DNA from: Candidatus Zixiibacteriota bacterium
GTDB taxonomy: Bacteria > Zixibacteria > MSB-5A5 > UBA10806 > 4484-95
NCBI GenBank assembly: GCA_037441845.1
Contig: JBBIRK010000001.1
Coordinates: 1 to 64,000 of the forward strand
Length of the DNA stretch: 64,000 nucleotides
Direction: 5' to 3'
The notes beneath the pieces were generated by a model. It did no database searches, was not told the origin of the DNA, and saw only the letters and a list, made by a program, of their open reading frames with translations. The translations under genes were made by a program, and so were the position numbers. Numbering within the stretch: the first letter of the stretch is position 1; each line of letters begins with the position of its first letter. Positions 58,077 to 64,000 of this stretch are shown here, one piece after another.

Positions 58077-60647
58077 ATGACGATTGAGGAATCCGGCTTT
58101 TCAGGCGACATCATCGGATTAAGCGAATCCGAGGCAGCCAGCCGTCTTCACGCTGAAGGTTTCAATGAAATCCCGGACGAGGGTGACAAGGGGTTTTCCC
58201 GCATCTTGCTGGATGTGGTCTCCGAACCGATGTTCTTATTGCTGATCGCATGCGGGCTCATTTACTTTTTTGTCGGCGATCTGCAGGAAGCCGCGATGCT
58301 TTTTGTCTTCGTGCTGATGGTAATCGCTATAACATTCTATCAGGAGAGAAAAACCCGGCGGGCGTTGAAAGCATTGCGGGATTTATCAAGTCCCCGGGCC
58401 TTGGTAATCCGCGACGGCAAGCGCAGAAGAATCGCAGGCAGGGAGGTAGTCAGGCAGGACGTGTTGATTCTGGCTGAGGGTGATCGGGTTCCTGCCGACG
58501 GTCGAGTTTTGTCAAGCATCAATCTCGAGATTGACGAATCGCTGTTGACCGGTGAATCGGTCCCGGTTCTTAAAGTCGACTCCGGCCGCGAAAATCAATC
58601 CGGCGCCGCTTATGACAATAACCGATCACGAGTGTATTCGGGGACTCTGGTGGTCAGCGGACAGGGATTAGTCGAGGTCACTGCCACCGGAGCCAATACC
58701 GAGATTGGAAAAATCGGCCGCATTTTATCCACGGTCGATGAGGAGCCGACACTCCTTCAAAAAACGATTGCAAAGCTCGTGCGCAACCTGGCAATCATAG
58801 GATCCGCAATTTGCGCGGTGATCGTCATCGTCTATGGAATCAGCCGAAACGATTGGATTCACGGAATTCTGGCGGGACTGGCCCTGGCTATGGCGATAAT
58901 ACCCGAGGAATTCCCCATGGTCTTGACCATATTTTTGGCATTGGGGGCCTGGCGTTTATCCCGCCGGCAGGTCTTGACCAGAAGAATCCCTGCTGTGGAA
59001 GCGCTCGGTGCAACGACGATGTTATGCGTCGACAAGACCGGCACGCTCACCACGAATCAAATGAGCGTCCGGAAAATAATAGTCGACGATGTCTCGCTCG
59101 AGCTAAGTGAGCGCAAACCCGACACAATACCCGAGCGATTTCACGAAATTATAGAATATAGCATCCTTGCCAGTAAACGCGACCCGCACGACCCGATGGA
59201 TAGGGCGTTTCTTAATCTGGGTCGGGCCTATCTTAAAGATACGGAGCATATTCATCAAGATTGGCAGATGGTTCAAGAGTATCCGATATCTCAGAAAATG
59301 TTGGCGATATCGCATGTTTGGAAATCGCCCGACGGCGACGATTTCGTAATCGCCGCCAAAGGCGCCCCGGAGGCGATAGTGGATCTTTGCCATCTGAATT
59401 CGAAAATACAGGAAAAGATCGTCGCGGCGACAAGCGGGCTTGCCGGCGAGGGGCTGAGAGTTTTGGGTGTGGCGCGGGCGCTGTTCAAGAAGGGGTTGCT
59501 GCCCGATATACAACACGACTTCGCTTTTGAATTCCTCGGGCTTATGGGATTGGCCGATCCTTTGCGGGAAACCGTGCCGGCGGCAATCAAGGAATGTAAT
59601 GAAGCAGGCGTGAAAGTAGCCATGATCACCGGTGATTATCCGGAGACGGCCAGAAGTATCGCCAAGCAAGCAGGGCTGAATACGAAAGAGATTATCACCG
59701 GAGAGCAGATCGCCCTTATTGACGATGCGGAGTTGAAAAGCAGGCTAAAACAGGCGCGGGTGTTCGCCCGGATAATGCCCGAGCAGAAACTGAGGATAGT
59801 CAACGGATTCAAAGCGGCCGGCGAGATTGTGGCGATGACCGGAGACGGTGTCAATGATGCGCCTGCGCTCAAGGCGGCTCATATCGGTATCGCCATGGGC
59901 AGCCGTGGCACCGATGTCGCCCGCGAGGCGTCCTCGCTGGTAATCCTCGATGACGACTTTTCGTCAATTGTCCGGGCGATAAGGTCGGGGCGAAGAATCT
60001 ATGACAACATAAAAAAGGCGATGGTCTATATATTCGCGATTCATATACCGATCGCCGGAATGTCGCTTCTACCGGTTTTATTGGGATTGCCGCTTGTACT
60101 TTTCCCCGTCCATATAGTATTTCTCGAGTTGATAATCGACCCGGCTTGCTCGATCGCATTCGAAGGCGAGCTTGAGGAAAAGAACATAATGGCCAGGCCG
60201 CCTCGCAGTGCGCAATCCCCGTTGTTCGGCCGAAAAGAAATATCGATCGGGCTGCTACAGGGATCGGCCGTGCTGCTGCTTATGGCGATCATCCATATTA
60301 TCAGCATCTATCGGGGGCGGGTTCCAGAGGAAGCCCGCGCGCTGGCGTTCACCACGCTGATACTCGCCAATCTCGGCTTGATATTGACTAACAGGTCATG
60401 GTCGCGTTCAATCGGCACCACCCTCGGTTCAACCGGCGCCGCCCACTGGCTTGTAATAGGCGGTTCTTTAACGTTTCTGTCGGCGGCATTATATATTCCC
60501 TCGCTTAGAGAAATTTTCAAGTTCGAAATGCTCCATTGGGCGGATTGGTTGATTTGTCTTGGCGCGGCGATGGCCGGTTTTATCTGGTTCGAATCGATAA
60601 AAAGGATTTACGGCCGAAGTAATATGTCGCCTGATGTCCATGGGTGA
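58077..60647 (+). CDS. Cation-translocating P-type ATPase (P2/Ca2+-like)
   Basis: DESLLTGES, PEEFP, DKTGTLT, KGAPE, MITGD, MTGDGVNDAPAL. Confidence 0.95.
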   Translation: MTIEESGFSGDIIGLSESEAASRLHAEGFNEIPDEGDKGFSRILLDVVSEPMFLLLIACGLIYFFVGDLQEAAMLFVFVLMVIAITFYQERKTRRALKALRDLSSPRALVIRDGKRRRIAGREVVRQDVLILAEGDRVPADGRVLSSINLEIDESLLTGESVPVLKVDSGRENQSGAAYDNNRSRVYSGTLVVSGQGLVEVTATGANTEIGKIGRILSTVDEEPTLLQKTIAKLVRNLAIIGSAICAVIVIVYGISRNDWIHGILAGLALAMAIIPEEFPMVLTIFLALGAWRLSRRQVLTRRIPAVEALGATTMLCVDKTGTLTTNQMSVRKIIVDDVSLELSERKPDTIPERFHEIIEYSILASKRDPHDPMDRAFLNLGRAYLKDTEHIHQDWQMVQEYPISQKMLAISHVWKSPDGDDFVIAAKGAPEAIVDLCHLNSKIQEKIVAATSGLAGEGLRVLGVARALFKKGLLPDIQHDFAFEFLGLMGLADPLRETVPAAIKECNEAGVKVAMITGDYPETARSIAKQAGLNTKEIITGEQIALIDDAELKSRLKQARVFARIMPEQKLRIVNGFKAAGEIVAMTGDGVNDAPALKAAHIGIAMGSRGTDVAREASSLVILDDDFSSIVRAIRSGRRIYDNIKKAMVYIFAIHIPIAGMSLLPVLLGLPLVLFPVHIVFLELIIDPACSIAFEGELEEKNIMARPPRSAQSPLFGRKEISIGLLQGSAVLLLMAIIHIISIYRGRVPEEARALAFTTLILANLGLILTNRSWSRSIGTTLGSTGAAHWLVIGGSLTFLSAALYIPSLREIFKFEMLHWADWLICLGAAMAGFIWFESIKRIYGRSNMSPDVHG

Positions 60648-60803
60648 TCCGCCTAATTTGATTAGGCCGTCTTTCCATCCATTTAATCTCTTGTCAGAAA
60701 CGATGTATACGGTTAAATTTACCTCCGACCTGAAATTTCGTTTTACTGAACGGATGTCAAAAATTGAAATTCGAGCCGGTTCACAAGGAAATCGTGGCTT
60801 ATC

Positions 60804-61289
60804 GTGGAAAAGAAGAATCTATTACGTTATTGGAGAAATGTCCGTCGGCTGACGATAAAGTTGCTCGATGAATTCCCTCCGGATAAATTCGATTTCCGTC
60901 CGACCGCCGAGGTGATGACGGTTTCTCAATTGTTTCGTCATATTCTCGAGGTGGAATTGTATATCCGCCGGGGATTTATGGAGGGAATATGGACGAAAGT
61001 CGGCGAGCCGGCGGTCAACTTATTCGAAAAGGATATGCTGCGCGACAAACTGAAATACGAACACCGAAAGACCTTGCAAATGCTCTCCGAAGTGCCGGAC
61101 GGAAAATTCATGGCGATAAACTCGACCCCTTTCGGCGAGATAACCGGCGAGATTCTGATCCAAGTCGCCATTGACGAGGAAATCCATCACCGGGGGAATT
61201 TATATACTTATCTTAGATGCATAGGCAAGACTCCGCCGCAGATGATCCAATATTACGGCGATATACTCAAGGAGAACTCGGATGTTTGA
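60804..61289 (+). CDS. DinB family protein
   Basis: FRP....MT...L.RHI, EIHHRGNL.TYLR; GTG start. Confidence 0.85.
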   Translation: MEKKNLLRYWRNVRRLTIKLLDEFPPDKFDFRPTAEVMTVSQLFRHILEVELYIRRGFMEGIWTKVGEPAVNLFEKDMLRDKLKYEHRKTLQMLSEVPDGKFMAINSTPFGEITGEILIQVAIDEEIHHRGNLYTYLRCIGKTPPQMIQYYGDILKENSDV

Positions 61290-62508
61290 TAAGATCAAAA
61301 GCAATATCGAAAACGACCGCCAAGGCGTGATAGATTTGCAAAAACTACTGGTCTCGATCCCGGCGCTGGCTCCGGAAAGCGGCGGCGAGGGCGAAATGAA
61401 AAAATGTCAGGCCTTGGTCGAATATCTTCGCCGCTGGCATTTCCCTGAACCGGAGTTCTATCATGCTCCGGATAATCGTGTGCCTGGCGGGAAAAGGCCC
61501 AACGTTCTTTATCGGATAAAAGGAAAAAGCGGAACGCGACGGGTTTGGATAATGAGCCACCTGGACATAGTTCCGGCAGGCGAACTGTCGTTGTGGAAAT
61601 CAGATCCGTTTCAACTCAGAGTCGACGGCGACAGGATCTACGGACGCGGCGTCGAGGACAATCACCAGGGGATGACGGCCTCGATCATTGCCGCCAAGGC
61701 TTTTATCGATCAAGGGATCGCCCCCGAATACGATTTGTGTCTGCTCATGGTGGCTGATGAAGAGGTGGGGTCGGAATACGGTATCAAATATGTTCTCGAA
61801 AACCATTCGTTGTTTTCAAGAGACGACTTGATAATCGTCCCCGATTCAGGCGAGCCCGACGGCGCGGCGATCGAAGTGGCCGAGAAATCGATAATGTGGC
61901 TTAAAGTGGTAACACGCGGCGTTCAGGCGCACGGATCCCGGCCGGACCTGGGCCGTAATGCGTTCCGAGCCGCCAGCCATCTGGTCGTGAGGCTCGACGA
62001 GCTTTATCGTAAATTCGACAAAAAGGACAGCCTTTTCCAACCGCCCTATTCCACGTTCGAGCCGACTAAAAAAGAAGCCAACGTGCCGAACGTCAATACA
62101 ATCCCGGGAGACGACGTTTTCCATATAGATTGCCGGGTTCTACCGGGAATTCCGCTGCTAGAAGTGGAAAACGCTATCCGCTTATGGGCGAACGATATCG
62201 AGCGTCGATTTAACGTTACTATCGAGTTTTCCTTCTCCCAAAAAGCCGAGGCTGCGCCGCCGACACCGGCCGATTCATCGGTGGTCAAAGCGCTGGCGGC
62301 GGCGATCAAGACGGTTTACAAGGTCAATCCGCGCCCCTGTGGAATCGGCGGCGGCACGGTGGCGGCGTTGTTTAGGCGGGCTGGATTCGAAGCTGCGGTT
62401 TGGTCGAAATTGAACGAAGTAGCCCATCAACCGAACGAATATGCTCTCATATCCAACATCCTCGGCGATGCGCAGGTGTTTTCGCACGTCTGTTTGAACC
62501 GGATATGA
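61282..62508 (+). CDS. M20 family metallohydrolase (DapE/ArgE-like)
   Basis: SHLDIVP, GRGVEDN, DEEVGS, G.QAHGS, GGGT, AHQPNE. Confidence 0.9.
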   Translation: MFDKIKSNIENDRQGVIDLQKLLVSIPALAPESGGEGEMKKCQALVEYLRRWHFPEPEFYHAPDNRVPGGKRPNVLYRIKGKSGTRRVWIMSHLDIVPAGELSLWKSDPFQLRVDGDRIYGRGVEDNHQGMTASIIAAKAFIDQGIAPEYDLCLLMVADEEVGSEYGIKYVLENHSLFSRDDLIIVPDSGEPDGAAIEVAEKSIMWLKVVTRGVQAHGSRPDLGRNAFRAASHLVVRLDELYRKFDKKDSLFQPPYSTFEPTKKEANVPNVNTIPGDDVFHIDCRVLPGIPLLEVENAIRLWANDIERRFNVTIEFSFSQKAEAAPPTPADSSVVKALAAAIKTVYKVNPRPCGIGGGTVAALFRRAGFEAAVWSKLNEVAHQPNEYALISNILGDAQVFSHVCLNRI

Positions 62509-62573
62509 TTCGAATCCACTCAAATTGCTTGCGCTCATGATGACCGAAAATAGCTATCGGGACGGACTTTCAT

Positions 62574-62987
62574 ATGAAATCATATACTTACTATCATACC
62601 TTTAATATCCCTAAGAAGCGGGATTACATTTTGATCACCGGCCTGGTTGAAGAACAACTTGCCAAAGCCGGAATCAAGGAAGGGTTATGTCTGGTTGCAG
62701 CCATGCACATAACGGCGGCGGTATATATCAACGATGCCGAAGACGGATTAATATCCGATATCGATGAATGGTTGCAGAAACTCGCCCCCGAAGGACCGAA
62801 CTATCGACACCATCGCACCGGCGAAACCAACGGTGATGCCCACCTGAAAAATCTGCTTATCGGCCATCAGGTGATAGTGCCGGTAACCGAAGGCCGACTT
62901 GACCTCGGGCCTTGGCAGCAGATTTATTATGCCGAATTCGATGGCAGACGAAAGAAAAGATTGATAATAAAGATAATCGGCCAATAG
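62574..62987 (+). CDS. YjbQ (UPF0047) family protein
   Basis: HITAA..IN..E, Y.HH..GE.NGDAHLK, LGPWQ..Y.EFDG. Confidence 0.9.
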   Translation: MKSYTYYHTFNIPKKRDYILITGLVEEQLAKAGIKEGLCLVAAMHITAAVYINDAEDGLISDIDEWLQKLAPEGPNYRHHRTGETNGDAHLKNLLIGHQVIVPVTEGRLDLGPWQQIYYAEFDGRRKKRLIIKIIGQ

Positions 62988-63069
62988 CGATAAATTAAAA
63001 TCAATCAAATCAAGCCATATCCCGACATTAATCGCCATAATTATCGATTATTTAATCGACTGTCCCCTA

Positions 63070-63097
63070 TTGAAACGCGGATTAAAGTGTTTATAAT
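63070..63097 (+). promoter_or_regulatory. Sigma70-type promoter
   Basis: TTGAAA-16nt-TATAAT. Confidence 0.55.
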
Positions 63098-63139
63098 CGA
63101 TTCCGAAATTATATAAAAAACAAATTCAAGGAGGCGCAG

Positions 63140-64000
63140 ATGCGTAAGTTCACACCGTTATTGTTAGGCTTGCTTGCAGCGGTAATGCTTGCGGTAAACG
63201 GCTGTGACAAGCTGGGAATCACCGACACTAACAATGACAATGATGACGGAATCGTCCTCACTCTTAATGTTTCCACGATTCCGAGTGAAAGCTTCTCGGG
63301 CAAAACGATCAGAGCCAGCCTCTGGTCGAACTGGGGTGACGATACTCCCTATAAATATTCCGATGTCGTAGCCGGAGGATCATCCGCAACGATAAGGATT
63401 ACGAATTTAGCGGTAGGCAGCTATCATGTGGTGGTGGCGATCGACGAAGAGAACAATGGTTTTCCCGATGGGCCGGTCGATCCCGGCGATAGATTTTGGG
63501 CTGCCTTGAATGTGCAAATAGACAGCAGTAAGACGATTACCTGGCCCAATTACGCCTGGCAGCGCAATCACGATCATATTTTCGGAATCCAGAACATCCC
63601 GGCAGGCAATGACGGCAAGGTATGTGCGATGGGTCTTTTGCCACAAGGTACGGATGTCTTCAATTACCTCCCGGAGAATCCGATCGGGGGCGCCGCTTTG
63701 ATATACAACAATTCGGCGGTGATCTCCATAAATCCTCCCCCTGGGGAAGACTACGAGAACTGGGAATTGCCCCAAGGAATTTACGATCTCTGGGCCATAA
63801 TCGACATGGATAGCGACCCGGAGGATTGGTTCGACACGATCGGAGTCGGAGATCCGATTACCGAAGGCGACTATATTTATTCGCAGCTGAATTGGGAATA
63901 TGATGAATACATGAACGACGAGGATTTCCTGATCACCGCGGACTTTTCTTTGTATCAACCGATCACCGTAACTTTCAATTTATCGTTCCGCCCCGATGTC
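63140..64000 (+). CDS. Acidic lipoprotein, 3' truncated by the window end (absent from the ORF track)
   Basis: AAGGAGG SD; MRKFTPLLLGLLAAVMLAVNG-C lipobox; frame open for 287 codons to the window end. Confidence 0.85.
   Translation, partial: MRKFTPLLLGLLAAVMLAVNGCDKLGITDTNNDNDDGIVLTLNVSTIPSESFSGKTIRASLWSNWGDDTPYKYSDVVAGGSSATIRITNLAVGSYHVVVAIDEENNGFPDGPVDPGDRFWAALNVQIDSSKTITWPNYAWQRNHDHIFGIQNIPAGNDGKVCAMGLLPQGTDVFNYLPENPIGGAALIYNNSAVISINPPPGEDYENWELPQGIYDLWAIIDMDSDPEDWFDTIGVGDPITEGDYIYSQLNWEYDEYMNDEDFLITADFSLYQPITVTFNLSFRPDV

Noticed and set aside
58055..58083. TTGACA just upstream of the P-type ATPase
   Set aside because: A properly spaced -10 would fall inside the start codon region and does not match consensus.
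63407..63958. 183-aa minus-strand ORF
   Set aside because: Antisense to the lipoprotein ORF starting at 63140.
1..64000. CRISPR arrays, IS elements, prophage, recoded stops or frameshifts
   Set aside because: No regularly spaced repeats, transposase, integrase or phage motifs, and no interrupted genes seen by eye.

Overview
Ordinary chromosomal window (about 57 CDS, one tRNA-Ser; no CRISPR array, transposase, integrase or phage gene seen) from an anaerobic Gram-negative bacterium. The short RpoD-like sigma factor and the PorV-family barrel suggest the FCB superphylum, possibly Zixibacteria-like (inference only). Housekeeping content: pth-rpsF-ssb-rpsR-DUF2232-rplI, nadE, mazG, rsmB, rpe, suhB, nfnAB, HtrA proteases, ABC exporters and a P-type ATPase. 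The best candidate for an undescribed system is 21.8-30.9 kb. There rocD and gdh are followed by two PEP-synthase-like ATP-grasp proteins that lack the normal phospho-His and catalytic domains. One of them carries an N-terminal GAF-like sensor and a C-terminal nucleotidyltransferase, and a metallophosphoesterase converges on the pair. Both rocD and gdh also appear to have leaderless upstream peptides, and the rocD one is Arg-rich. Other oddities: an aspartate aminotransferase fused to a degenerate PEPCK/HPrK-like domain, a degenerate PdxJ next to a His-less sensor kinase, a PorV-SPOR fusion, several leaderless mRNAs and a nearly leaderless tRNA. All family calls come from motifs recognised by eye; no database searches were run.
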